Of a stretch of 38,245 nucleotides of DNA, positions 19,029 through 28,248 are shown one piece after another. Within the stretch, counting starts at the first letter, position 1. Every line of letters begins with the position of its first letter. Source of the DNA: Chlamydiota bacterium (lineage in GTDB: Bacteria > Chlamydiota > Chlamydiia > Chlamydiales > SM23-39). The stretch lies in NCBI GenBank assembly GCA_050049995.1, contig JASFVE010000007.1, forward strand, positions 1-38,245, in the 5' to 3' direction. Made by a program: the position numbers and the translations under genes. Under the pieces are notes generated by a model. That model made no database searches. It was not told the DNA's origin and was given only the letters and a program-made list of their open reading frames with translations.

Positions 19029-20609
19029 TCATGCTAATTCTTTCATTCTGGTAATAAGATCTTTTTTTACTAGCTCATTAGGAATGAGCTCTGCCACTTC
19101 AATTGCTTGATCTATAACTTTTACTGACTGGTCCAATTCTCCTAGCTCTTTAAGAATTTCAGCAATATCAACAAGACATTGAGCTCTAAAATCAACTAAG
19201 ACAAACGGAATCTCTTCCAGTGCTTTATTTACTACTTTTATTGCCTTATCTTTTTCTCCTAATCTATATAGGCTTTTGGCTGCATCAATCAATATTGACG
19301 TTTTAACTTTCTCATAAGAAATAAGACATGTAACTTCAAGGGCCTTATCTACTTCTTTGATTTCAATTAACTCGTTAACAATGTTTCTAAATAAATTATT
19401 TCTAAGATGCTCATCTAAAATGAGATTAACTACTTTAAGAGCTTCATCCAGTTGTTTTTCAGCTACCATTGATTCATAAATCAATACAAAGGCATTATTT
19501 TGGTCAAATTTGAGAGGCATAAGACCTACTACATCTAGAGCTTTGTCCCATATTTTTTTAGAAAGCAACTCTTTAATAAGATCCTTAAAAATATCAACTT
19601 TACTCCAAGAAAGAAGCTCTGCCACTTCAATGACTTTATCCCACTGCCCATCAGCTATTAACATCCTACAGATAGTTCTAAAGCTAGAATTTCTTTTAAG
19701 TTTGCTAGAAATAAAACTTGCAACTTTACAAGCATAATCTATTTCTTTAACTTGAATTAGCACTTTAAAAATATTAACAAGAACTTTATCTCTACTGTCT
19801 TCATCTAAGATAAGATCTACTTTTTTAACCTCTTGATGTATTACTTCAAGGGCTTTACTTTTCTCTCCTGCATAAGCTAATTCTTTACAAATCTCTATAA
19901 GAATTTTACTTTTGTGGAGCTCGCATGAAACCAAGCTTATTACTTCTAGAGCGTTATCCCACTCTAGATTATCAGCTAGCATTTGAGCAATCTCTTCAAG
20001 AATTTCATCCCTATTCCATTTGGAAATAAAAGAAACCATTTCAATATCAAATTTTCCAGCTTCTATTATATCTCCGAAAATAGTTACTACTGGCACAGAT
20101 GCACTTTCCATTTCATCATAGATCTCAAAAAGTTCAAAAAGATTGTGAAAAAAATTCGGAAGAGGAACTTGTTTTAAGTTTTCAATTGTTAAATCATTTA
20201 GACAAAACAATTCAGTAATTATTGATTTTTTTATGTGAAAGATTTTTGATCTTTTTAACAAAAAAACTAATGAAGACAAATTGGGGAATTCTTCATCCAA
20301 TTGACTTGTAACACCAGTAATTTGTTCCTTGAGGCAGTTAAGGTTTGTTATTTGCTGCATGTGTCGCTCTGAATCAAGTTTTGCAAGCAAGCAATCAATG
20401 TAATCTTGCGCCTTTTTAAAATCCTCAATGTCCTTCGATTTAACTTTTAGCTTTACATAATGCGTTGCAAAACCCAAAGTTTCCTTTGAAGCAGCTCCAA
20501 AATTTAGCAAAGAGTTTACGTCTAAGCATTCTAAAACTAAACCACCCGCATCGATAGACATTTTTTGAATACCTGCCGTTTGACTTAATTCTAATGTCCC
20601 TACTGCCAT
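19029..20609 (-). CDS. F-box-like N-terminus plus about ten ~33-aa TPR-like helical repeats; putative effector
   Basis: LVLECLDVNSLLNFGAASKETL resembles the F-box consensus; repeating units of the form (W/L/V)DKALEV..LI....R...L..I...L...(G)E; GAGGG SD. Confidence 0.75.
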   Translation of the reverse strand: MAVGTLELSQTAGIQKMSIDAGGLVLECLDVNSLLNFGAASKETLGFATHYVKLKVKSKDIEDFKKAQDYIDCLLAKLDSERHMQQITNLNCLKEQITGVTSQLDEEFPNLSSLVFLLKRSKIFHIKKSIITELFCLNDLTIENLKQVPLPNFFHNLFELFEIYDEMESASVPVVTIFGDIIEAGKFDIEMVSFISKWNRDEILEEIAQMLADNLEWDNALEVISLVSCELHKSKILIEICKELAYAGEKSKALEVIHQEVKKVDLILDEDSRDKVLVNIFKVLIQVKEIDYACKVASFISSKLKRNSSFRTICRMLIADGQWDKVIEVAELLSWSKVDIFKDLIKELLSKKIWDKALDVVGLMPLKFDQNNAFVLIYESMVAEKQLDEALKVVNLILDEHLRNNLFRNIVNELIEIKEVDKALEVTCLISYEKVKTSILIDAAKSLYRLGEKDKAIKVVNKALEEIPFVLVDFRAQCLVDIAEILKELGELDQSVKVIDQAIEVAELIPNELVKKDLITRMKELA

Positions 20610-20884
20610 GGCTAACCCTCTTTATAAAAAATAAGGTGTTCAACTTTAAAGCAATAAATACAAAAAATGCATCGAATTTCTAAGGGATTAGTAATCTAAC
20701 TTTACCTTCTTAAATTTTTTCTCAGACAACTAAAGAAAAGAATATTGAACCAGCTTTTTATTTTTAATTTTCGAGAAATTGTGATAACATTGTTTTGAAA
20801 TTAATTTTTAAAAGTCCTAAAAAAACTATTTTAGACAAAAGCATGCTTAAAGATAAAAGTTACACTGAAAAAAAAGAAAAAAAT

Positions 20885-22453
20885 ATGTCTGAATCCAATT
20901 ATACCCATCTTGATGAATATCAAAACCGCCTTCAAAAATTAAATGACCTAAAAAAATTAGGAATAGAGCCTTACCCTCATAAATTTTCTCCGACCCACCG
21001 TTCTGTTGAACTACAGTCTGAAAGCGAAAGCAAAGAAGTAGGTAGTTTTGATGATGCTGCATCAGGGGCTACCGAATTTGTCAAAGTAGCTGGAAGAATT
21101 GTTCTTTTTAGAGCCATGGGGAAAAATGCCTTTTGTCATATTCAGGATGAATCAGGAAGGTTGCAAGTCATGTTTAATAGGGATTTGACGGCCCTTGCGG
21201 GTTATAGCCCTTCTGAAAACGACCCAAAACCTATAAAAATTTTAGAAAAAAAACTTGATCTGGGCGATATTATTGGTGTGGAGGGATACCTTTTTAAAAC
21301 ACAAAAAGGAGAACTGACCGTTTTTGTAAAACAAGTTCGCCTTCTTTGTAAAACTCTTCTTCCTCTACCAGATAAGCATAGTGGTTTATCAGACAAAGGA
21401 GTGAGATACCGCAAAAGATGGCTGGATCTTATTTCCAATAGAAACAGCTTTGATACTTTCTTACTTCGTTCCCGCATCGTGCACATTATCAGAAAATATT
21501 TTGAACAGTCCAACTTTTTAGAAGTAGAAACTCCCATCCTCCAAAATCTTTATGGCGGAGCCGAGGCAAGACCATTTGAAACGCATTTGAATGCTCTAGA
21601 CCAAAACATGTATCTTAGAATCTCTTTAGAGCTCCCTTTAAAAAAGCTTCTTGTAGGTGGATATCAAAAGATTTATGAAATTGGCAAAGTATTTAGAAAC
21701 GAAGGGATTGATAGAACTCATAATCCGGAATTTACTATGCTAGAAGCTTATGCTGCTTATTGGGATTACGAAGATATGATGACTTTCGCAGAAAAGCTTT
21801 ATGAGACCATTGCTTTAGAATTGTTTGGCACCACACAAATTCCTTATGAAAATAAAGATGGATCTCCTCTTATAATCGATGTGAAAACACCTTGGAAAAG
21901 GTTAACTTTTAAAGAAGCCATCAAAACGTATGCTAGCATTGATGTAGATAATCTGAATGATGATGAAATAAGAGAAAAATTAAAGACATCTACCAAAGAT
22001 CCGAAGGATGTGGCAAAAGCATCTCGCGGCCATCTCATTCAATATCTATTTGAAGAGTTTGTAGAAGAGCATCTTATTCAACCTCATCACATTATTGATC
22101 ATCCGATTGAAACAACACCTCTTTGCAAGCCTTTGCGAGATAACTCACAACACCAAGAAAAACTTGTAGAACGTTTTGAAAGCTTTATTTTAGCGACAGA
22201 AGCATCTAACGCTTATTCAGAGTTAAATGATCCTGTTTTACAAAGAGAACTTTTAGAAAACCAGGTAAAACAACGCGAAGCTGGAAATGAAGAAGCTCAT
22301 CCTTTAGACGAAGAGTTTTTAGAAGCGATCTCTCAAGGCATGCCACCTGCATCTGGCATAGGTATCGGTATTGATAGATTAGTTATGCTCTTTGCAAAAG
22401 CTGCTTCCATTAGAGATGTGCTATTCTTTCCTATAATGAAGCCGGAAGATTAA
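20885..22453 (+). CDS. lysS: Lysine--tRNA ligase (class II)
   Basis: VAGRI, RYRKRWLDL, EVETPIL, GGAEARPF, FRNEGID.THNPEFTMLE and GMPP..GIGIGIDRLVM. Start set to ATG 20885 (MSESN). Confidence 0.97.
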   Translation: MSESNYTHLDEYQNRLQKLNDLKKLGIEPYPHKFSPTHRSVELQSESESKEVGSFDDAASGATEFVKVAGRIVLFRAMGKNAFCHIQDESGRLQVMFNRDLTALAGYSPSENDPKPIKILEKKLDLGDIIGVEGYLFKTQKGELTVFVKQVRLLCKTLLPLPDKHSGLSDKGVRYRKRWLDLISNRNSFDTFLLRSRIVHIIRKYFEQSNFLEVETPILQNLYGGAEARPFETHLNALDQNMYLRISLELPLKKLLVGGYQKIYEIGKVFRNEGIDRTHNPEFTMLEAYAAYWDYEDMMTFAEKLYETIALELFGTTQIPYENKDGSPLIIDVKTPWKRLTFKEAIKTYASIDVDNLNDDEIREKLKTSTKDPKDVAKASRGHLIQYLFEEFVEEHLIQPHHIIDHPIETTPLCKPLRDNSQHQEKLVERFESFILATEASNAYSELNDPVLQRELLENQVKQREAGNEEAHPLDEEFLEAISQGMPPASGIGIGIDRLVMLFAKAASIRDVLFFPIMKPED

Positions 22454-23874
22454 GCTTTTTTAACGTAAGGACCTTTAGGACTATCTTCTATTTTGTAGCC
22501 TTTAGACAGAATAAAGTCTCTTAATTCATCTGCTAAAGGCCAATTTTTATTTTTTCTAGCTTCTTCTCTTTTATCGAGAGCTTCTTTGATTTCTAAAGGA
22601 ACCTCTGCCTCTTCTTTATCTAACTCTAAAACGCCTAATACGCTATTGATGGACTGTAAAAATTCTATGATTTTCTTTTTATCTTGCTTGCCTAAAGCAT
22701 TTTTGTCACAAAGCGAGTGAATATTTCTAATAAAGTCAAATACAACAGAAAGTGCTCCTGAAATATTTAAATCATCGGCCAAGAAACGGGCGAAGCTTAC
22801 TTTGGCGTCTTCAATAGTTTTATCCATTGATGGAAAAGAAACGTCGCTATCTAAGCTATTAATACGTTCAATAAAACTTTGTAATCTATCTAAGGAAAGT
22901 TTAGCTGACTCTAACCCTTGCATTGTAAAGTTTAAGGGAGTTCTATAGTGGGCTTGCATTAGCAGGTATCTAACTTGCCTTCCTGAATACCCTTTATCGA
23001 GCAAGTCTCTTAATGTATAAAAATTACCTAGGCTTTTAGACATCTTTTTATCTTCGACTACCAAATGAGCTGAATGAACCCAAATTTTAACGAACTGCCT
23101 TCCTGAATAACACTCTGATTGAGCTATTTCATTTTCATGATGAGGAAACATATTATCTATTCCTCCTGCATGAATATCTATTGATTTACCTAAAATCTTC
23201 ATTGCCATAGTAGAGCATTCTAAATGCCAACCGGGCCTTCCTTTCCCAAAAGGGCTATCCCAATAAATCTTGCCATCTCTTTTTTCGTCATATGCTTTCC
23301 ACAAAACAAAATCAGAAGCCTCTTCTTTTTCATACTCGTCCGCATTTACCCTTTGAGAAGCCCCTTTTTTTAACTCTTGCAGCTTTAAATGAGAAAGCCT
23401 CCCATAGTTAGAAAACTGCTTAATGGAAAAGTACACACAGCCATCTGTTCCAGTGTAGGCATACCCCTTGTTTAATAAGTCTAAAATGATATCAATCATC
23501 TCTTGAATATAATCAGTTGCTTTAGGATAAATATCAGCCAGCTTAATATGTAGAGTTTTCAAATCTTCAAAAAAGGCATCAAAGTAAGGCTTGATATACT
23601 CTTCTAAAGATTGGTTGTTTTCTTTAGCACCTTTTATTGTCTTATCGTCTACATCAGTAATATTCATTACCATTTTGACTTGGAAACCAAAAAACTCTAA
23701 CGACCTTCTTAGTAGATCCTCAAAAACATAGGTCCTAAAATTACCTATATGAGCATAGTTATACACTGTAGGCCCACAGGCATAAAACCGCAGAGTCTTT
23801 CCATCAATAGGAAAAACAACCTCTTTCTGCTTAGTTTCCGTGTTAAAAAGTTTAAATGGTAAGTCGTTTTGCAT
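22450..23874 (-). CDS. cysS: Cysteine--tRNA ligase
   Basis: CGPTVYNYAHIGN, DFVLWK, GRPGWHLECS, FPHHENE and KMSKSLGNF. Confidence 0.98.
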   Translation of the reverse strand: MQNDLPFKLFNTETKQKEVVFPIDGKTLRFYACGPTVYNYAHIGNFRTYVFEDLLRRSLEFFGFQVKMVMNITDVDDKTIKGAKENNQSLEEYIKPYFDAFFEDLKTLHIKLADIYPKATDYIQEMIDIILDLLNKGYAYTGTDGCVYFSIKQFSNYGRLSHLKLQELKKGASQRVNADEYEKEEASDFVLWKAYDEKRDGKIYWDSPFGKGRPGWHLECSTMAMKILGKSIDIHAGGIDNMFPHHENEIAQSECYSGRQFVKIWVHSAHLVVEDKKMSKSLGNFYTLRDLLDKGYSGRQVRYLLMQAHYRTPLNFTMQGLESAKLSLDRLQSFIERINSLDSDVSFPSMDKTIEDAKVSFARFLADDLNISGALSVVFDFIRNIHSLCDKNALGKQDKKKIIEFLQSINSVLGVLELDKEEAEVPLEIKEALDKREEARKNKNWPLADELRDFILSKGYKIEDSPKGPYVKKA

Positions 23875-23877
23875 ATA

Positions 23878-26568
23878 TCAAATCATGGATTGGAGTTTTC
23901 TATAGTCTGTTTTTCCAGTACCAAGAAGAGGTACTTCATCTATTACTTGTACCTTATGTATTTTTACAAGGCTTGAAAAGCCTTCTTGTTTAAGTAGCTG
24001 ATTAACTGCCTTTCTATCAATGTCAAAAGTAGCAAATAATATTAAAGTAGACTTTGTCTCTTCACTTTCATCAACACAAATAGCAAGCTGCGGCCCTTCT
24101 TCCTGATCTTTTTGAGATACTGTTTTATGAGTAATCACTTCTTCAAGTCCACCTAAGCTGATCATTTCTCCACCAATTTTAGCAAAGCGCTTAAGCCTTC
24201 CTGATAAAATAATATTGTTTCTTTCATCTACCTTTCCTAAATCTCCTGTTCTGTACCATTTTTTCTTATCAACTGTGATAAAAGGAGATTTTTTCTTTCC
24301 TAAGTATCCTGAAAATATATTAGGCCCTCTTACACAGATCTCTCCATTTTCCCCTTTTTCTAATGGCTTTAAAGTTTCAGGATGAATGGTCATCGCTTCC
24401 AATCCAGGAATAAGTTGCCCTACACCTATGCGCTTTTCATTAGGTCTTGTTAAAGAAATAATAGGAGAACATTCTGTAATACCATACCCTTCTATGACTA
24501 TATTATTTTTCCCAAGGTTATGTACTTTTTGGAAAAGAGTCTTGGGAGCTTTTTCTGCTCCAGTAATAAAAAGTCTTATATTTTTTAATTCTTTTTCAGT
24601 TCCCGCTTGCAATAGCCCGTTAATAAAGCTTGGAGCACCACAAAACATTGTTATTTGCCATCTTTTAACACCAGCTACTAAGGCATAGCTATCAGTAGGA
24701 TCTGGATAAAAAGCAACCCTTAAACCAGCAAGGATTGGAAATATCCCAGCTACAGAAAAACCAAAAGAATGAAATGGAGGCAGAATGCCATATAAAATAT
24801 CTTTAGGTTTTAAAACAACACACTGCATAGCAGCTTGTTGATTAGATAAAATATTTTTATGGGTTAACGGCACAGCTTTAGGTACTGATTCAGTGCCAGA
24901 TGTAAACAAGATAACTGCTTCTTTATCTTCTTCATATTTGATCTTATATTGCTTTAAGATTTTATCTACCGATCTAAAAGAGGTAAATAATCCTTTAAGT
25001 TTTGCTTTAAGAGAGATTTTTTTACGCAAATCTTCTAAGTAAACTACATCTTTTTTAACATCACCAAATTCAACATGGGATAGCTTTTCTAAAAATCTCC
25101 ATGAACTAATTACTTTTTTAGCCTTTGCAATTTTCATCATCTCATTTAAATATCTCGGACCTAAAGTCCAATTGAGCATAACCGGAACTTTATTAGCCAT
25201 TAAGCACGCTAGAATAGAGACATAAGCAGCTGTAGAAGCTGGCAGCATTATTCCAAGATATTTACCCGGGATTTTTTTAAATTCATTAGCTAAAACTAAA
25301 ACAGTTCTTTTAAGTTTTTTATAAGAAATAGCACCGGTTAAATCATCCGCGCATGCTGCATGGTTTTTCATTTCAAAACAGCACTGCAAGAATGACTCTT
25401 GAATTGTTTTCCCTTGAGGCATCTTAGGAAATGGTCTTTTCTTTTCCTCTGGCCATTTCAACTTAGAACTAAGCTCTTCCTGCCTGACACCTTTTAACCT
25501 CCCTTCAGCAATTTCTAAAATATCCTGAACTGAATCCAAGTCTTCAGGGTGAATATTTCCTGTATCATAATGATCACTCAAAAAGGCAACAATGTTGGCA
25601 ATGTCTAAAGAGTCTAATCCCAAGTCAAGAGACAGGTTCATCTCCTCTTCAAACTCGTCTTCTTGCATCTCACAAAGAGTTGTTAAAAACTTGTATATCT
25701 CCTTTTTTTTCTTAGGAGAAATTTTACCGACATAGTTTTTCTTTTGAAATTTCTTTACTTCTTGCAGTTGTGGATACGTCTTTTTTAAAAAACTGCTAGA
25801 AACCAATACTAATGGTTCAATATCTAGTAAGAGTCCTTTTTCTTTATGTGAGGGATACTGATTATACCAATTTTCTAAATAGCGATTCAGATCTAAACGA
25901 GTAGCTGACCATGGAAAATCTACTGGATTGGGAGCTATTTGAATATGAACTTTTCTTCTAGGTGTAAGAAAAATAAAGTTTTTTAAAACAATCCATATTC
26001 CTTTGAAAAAATTCTTTTTAAAATCTGGAGATTTCCCTGTAATAGCTCTTGAAAATCTACTCCCCCAAAGCCCAATAGTTCTTATTAAAACTACATTTGT
26101 CTCAGGACATCTTTGGATTAAGTCATGGGTGGCAGATGCTCCACCGATAATTTCTTTCCCAGTGTGTTTTAATTTCCCTGAAGGATAAAGAAGAAAACTC
26201 TCTTTTCTTTTAAGCCCCTTTTCTATTTTGTTAATGACCTCTTCCCCTTTTTCTATTTTAAGATCACTGATGGAAGATTCAAAATCAGGAATTGGAATGG
26301 CCTTGACAAGGTCCATAAAAAAGGTCAAAAACCTTTTTCGATACATGTACTCTATTACTAAAGGCCTCATCTTTAAAATAGGCCATAAATGCAGGACAAT
26401 AAAAATAGGGTCCATATGTCCTGGATGATTGGGCAGGATCAACACGCCCCCTTTTTTATTAAGGTGGTTTTTATCAAGTAGCTCCTTTCCCTCGACTTTG
26501 ACCCTATATCGCAGGGATAAAATCAATCGTCCTAGAAAGCATAAAAAAGAAAAAAATCTATCTTTCAT
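23878..26568 (-). CDS. aas: Aas-like fusion: PlsC-type acyltransferase + acyl carrier domain + acyl-ACP synthetase (AMP-binding)
   Basis: NHPGHMD (HX4D) and LYPSG; LGLDSLD phosphopantetheine motif (Ser320); LFTSGTESVPKAV, EGYGITECSP and WYRTGDLG. Confidence 0.88.
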   Translation of the reverse strand: MKDRFFSFLCFLGRLILSLRYRVKVEGKELLDKNHLNKKGGVLILPNHPGHMDPIFIVLHLWPILKMRPLVIEYMYRKRFLTFFMDLVKAIPIPDFESSISDLKIEKGEEVINKIEKGLKRKESFLLYPSGKLKHTGKEIIGGASATHDLIQRCPETNVVLIRTIGLWGSRFSRAITGKSPDFKKNFFKGIWIVLKNFIFLTPRRKVHIQIAPNPVDFPWSATRLDLNRYLENWYNQYPSHKEKGLLLDIEPLVLVSSSFLKKTYPQLQEVKKFQKKNYVGKISPKKKKEIYKFLTTLCEMQEDEFEEEMNLSLDLGLDSLDIANIVAFLSDHYDTGNIHPEDLDSVQDILEIAEGRLKGVRQEELSSKLKWPEEKKRPFPKMPQGKTIQESFLQCCFEMKNHAACADDLTGAISYKKLKRTVLVLANEFKKIPGKYLGIMLPASTAAYVSILACLMANKVPVMLNWTLGPRYLNEMMKIAKAKKVISSWRFLEKLSHVEFGDVKKDVVYLEDLRKKISLKAKLKGLFTSFRSVDKILKQYKIKYEEDKEAVILFTSGTESVPKAVPLTHKNILSNQQAAMQCVVLKPKDILYGILPPFHSFGFSVAGIFPILAGLRVAFYPDPTDSYALVAGVKRWQITMFCGAPSFINGLLQAGTEKELKNIRLFITGAEKAPKTLFQKVHNLGKNNIVIEGYGITECSPIISLTRPNEKRIGVGQLIPGLEAMTIHPETLKPLEKGENGEICVRGPNIFSGYLGKKKSPFITVDKKKWYRTGDLGKVDERNNIILSGRLKRFAKIGGEMISLGGLEEVITHKTVSQKDQEEGPQLAICVDESEETKSTLILFATFDIDRKAVNQLLKQEGFSSLVKIHKVQVIDEVPLLGTGKTDYRKLQSMI

Positions 26569-26701
26569 CGTCTCTCACTTCAAAAAGCCTTTATTTTAAT
26601 AGCTTTCTATTTTCCTGAAACCTTTTTCTTGTAAAAGGGTATTAAAATCAACAAGTGGCTTATTATCAATTATTTAATGTATAAAATCAATATTTTTTTA
26701 C

Positions 26702-26730
26702 TTGACAAGAACTCTTTTTTGTGAGAAAAT
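26702..26730 (+). promoter_or_regulatory. Candidate sigma66 (sigma70-type) promoter
   Basis: TTGACA (26702-26707), 17-nt spacer, GAAAAT (26725-26730) with TG at 26722-26723; 21 nt upstream of ATG 26752. Confidence 0.55.
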
Positions 26731-26751
26731 AACTAAAGATGGGAGTAAGAT

Positions 26752-26997
26752 ATGGAAATACCTAAGACTACAGGCATTAAGCCAAGCATAGCATTATTTA
26801 ATCTGATTTCAGGGACACGGAATAGAATTCTAGAGAAAAAAACTCATAGGATTGCCTTGCCAGTTTTCACTGATATTCGTCATATGCGACCATCTTCCAA
26901 AAAAAGATCCGCTAGAGTAGTTTCTGAAAAGGGTAAAAAAAGCAATCTTACCCATCGTAAATCGGGTATAGTATTCAGAAAAAAGAAAAAGCCTTAA
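26752..26997 (+). CDS. Small, highly basic hypothetical protein
   Basis: 81-aa ORF with GGAG SD and an upstream promoter; K/R-rich C-terminus ending RKKKKP. Confidence 0.6.
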   Translation: MEIPKTTGIKPSIALFNLISGTRNRILEKKTHRIALPVFTDIRHMRPSSKKRSARVVSEKGKKSNLTHRKSGIVFRKKKKP

Positions 26998-27076
26998 AAA
27001 AAATCTTACTTTTTATAGCTTTGATTGTGTTATAGGTTGAACTTGGCATGAAAAAATCCAATTTGGAGGTTATTTT

Positions 27077-27322
27077 ATGGCAAATCCGCCTAGTAAACCA
27101 ATAGGAGGTCCATCAGGAACTCCAAGTCAACCAGAGCCTATTTCAAATGAGCTCTCACAAAATAAAGAACTTACTCAAAAAGTTTCGAAAAACCTTCGTT
27201 CTAAAATAGCTTCATCAGGTGAGTTATTAGGGCAAATTAATCCTCTAAATCACCGTTTTAAAAAGCAAAAGCGCGATGATAGGATCGCCACAATAGTAGA
27301 TCATTCTTTAGGAAAAAAGTAA
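27077..27322 (+). CDS. Small hypothetical protein with P/G/S-rich N-terminus
   Basis: 81-aa ORF with GGAGG SD at 27065-27069; MANPPSKPIGGPSGTPSQP; 22-nt convergent overlap with the GT2 gene. Confidence 0.68.
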   Translation: MANPPSKPIGGPSGTPSQPEPISNELSQNKELTQKVSKNLRSKIASSGELLGQINPLNHRFKKQKRDDRIATIVDHSLGKK

Positions 27323-28248
27323 GGAGCTTGCTCTAAAGGCTCATAAGGAGGTAGGGATTGAAGGTAAGCCCAAACAGTCTCTAGCTCTTTTCTTCTTAGC
27401 TTAAAATCATTGATAGGTGTTACTTGATTATAAATATAATTCACATTTTGTAGGTACCTATACCTTCCACCTGACATTTCCAACATAGGGAACATATAAC
27501 CAAAATCACATCCTACTTTAAAAAAGGAATCATTCATTCTAAGATCTTTAGGATCGATCCTTTTAAACAAACCAGCATAAAAAGTTCGGAGCTGTGAAGT
27601 TACCCACTGATGCTTCCGGTATCCTTTTTCTAGTAATACCTTTTTGTCAAAATCAAACATTTCTGTTTTTTCAAATTGAGGGTAAATAATATTTTGACCA
27701 TACGTCAGCCAAACATCAGGATTAGCATAGACTTTATTCAGCTCAGATAATACTTCATCATGGGCAAACCAGTCATCTCCATCCAGACTTACTATGATTT
27801 CGCTGTCCTTACAAGAATGGATCATATGAAACAGGTTTTCCATCGCCCCTTTATTTTGCGTATTACGTATTAAAGCAACCCTATCTTGCTGCCTTTTTTT
27901 TGCAATAAAAGCTTTTACTTTTTCATATGTATGATCTGAAGAGGCGTCATCCACATAAATCACCCTATATTCGTCATAGTTTTGAGAAAAAACAGAAGAG
28001 AGATTTTTTTCACACCACCTTTCGTTATTGTAAGATGGGATAACTACGACAAATTTTTGGTTTCTAGTAATAGGACAGTCTTTAGTGGGGTCAATCCCTG
28101 GAATAAATTTAGCTTTAAGTCTTTCATTGATTTTTTCTTTTTTCTTAAAATGGATAAAAGAGACCCTCTTAAAAGGCTTTCCCCTTCCAACATCAAACCC
28201 AAAAATAAAAAGGATCGCAAAAAGACATAAAATAGAAAGTTTTTTCAT
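27301..28248 (-). CDS. Glycosyltransferase family 2, copy B
   Basis: N-terminal anchor; VVVIPSYNN, YVDDASSD and SLDGDDW. Confidence 0.92.
   Translation of the reverse strand: MKKLSILCLFAILFIFGFDVGRGKPFKRVSFIHFKKKEKINERLKAKFIPGIDPTKDCPITRNQKFVVVIPSYNNERWCEKNLSSVFSQNYDEYRVIYVDDASSDHTYEKVKAFIAKKRQQDRVALIRNTQNKGAMENLFHMIHSCKDSEIIVSLDGDDWFAHDEVLSELNKVYANPDVWLTYGQNIIYPQFEKTEMFDFDKKVLLEKGYRKHQWVTSQLRTFYAGLFKRIDPKDLRMNDSFFKVGCDFGYMFPMLEMSGGRYRYLQNVNYIYNQVTPINDFKLRRKELETVWAYLQSLPPYEPLEQAPYFFPKE

Noticed and set aside
20686..20696. Short palindrome GATTA-G-TAATC between the F-box-like gene and lysS
   Set aside because: 5-bp arms are expected by chance in AT-rich DNA, and I found no second copy.
20795..20884. 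30-aa Lys-rich N-terminal extension of LysS (also the longer starts for sucD, priA, fabF and porin 3)
   Set aside because: Artefacts of longest-ORF calling from upstream alternative start codons; downstream ATGs fit family N-termini and gene spacing better.
22450..22453. lysS and cysS stop codons sharing TTAA
   Set aside because: A common convergent 4-nt overlap in compact genomes.
27044..27060. TGGCAT upstream of the 27077 ORF (and near 9258) as a sigma54 promoter
   Set aside because: The GC at the -12 position (GG-N10-GC) is missing in both.
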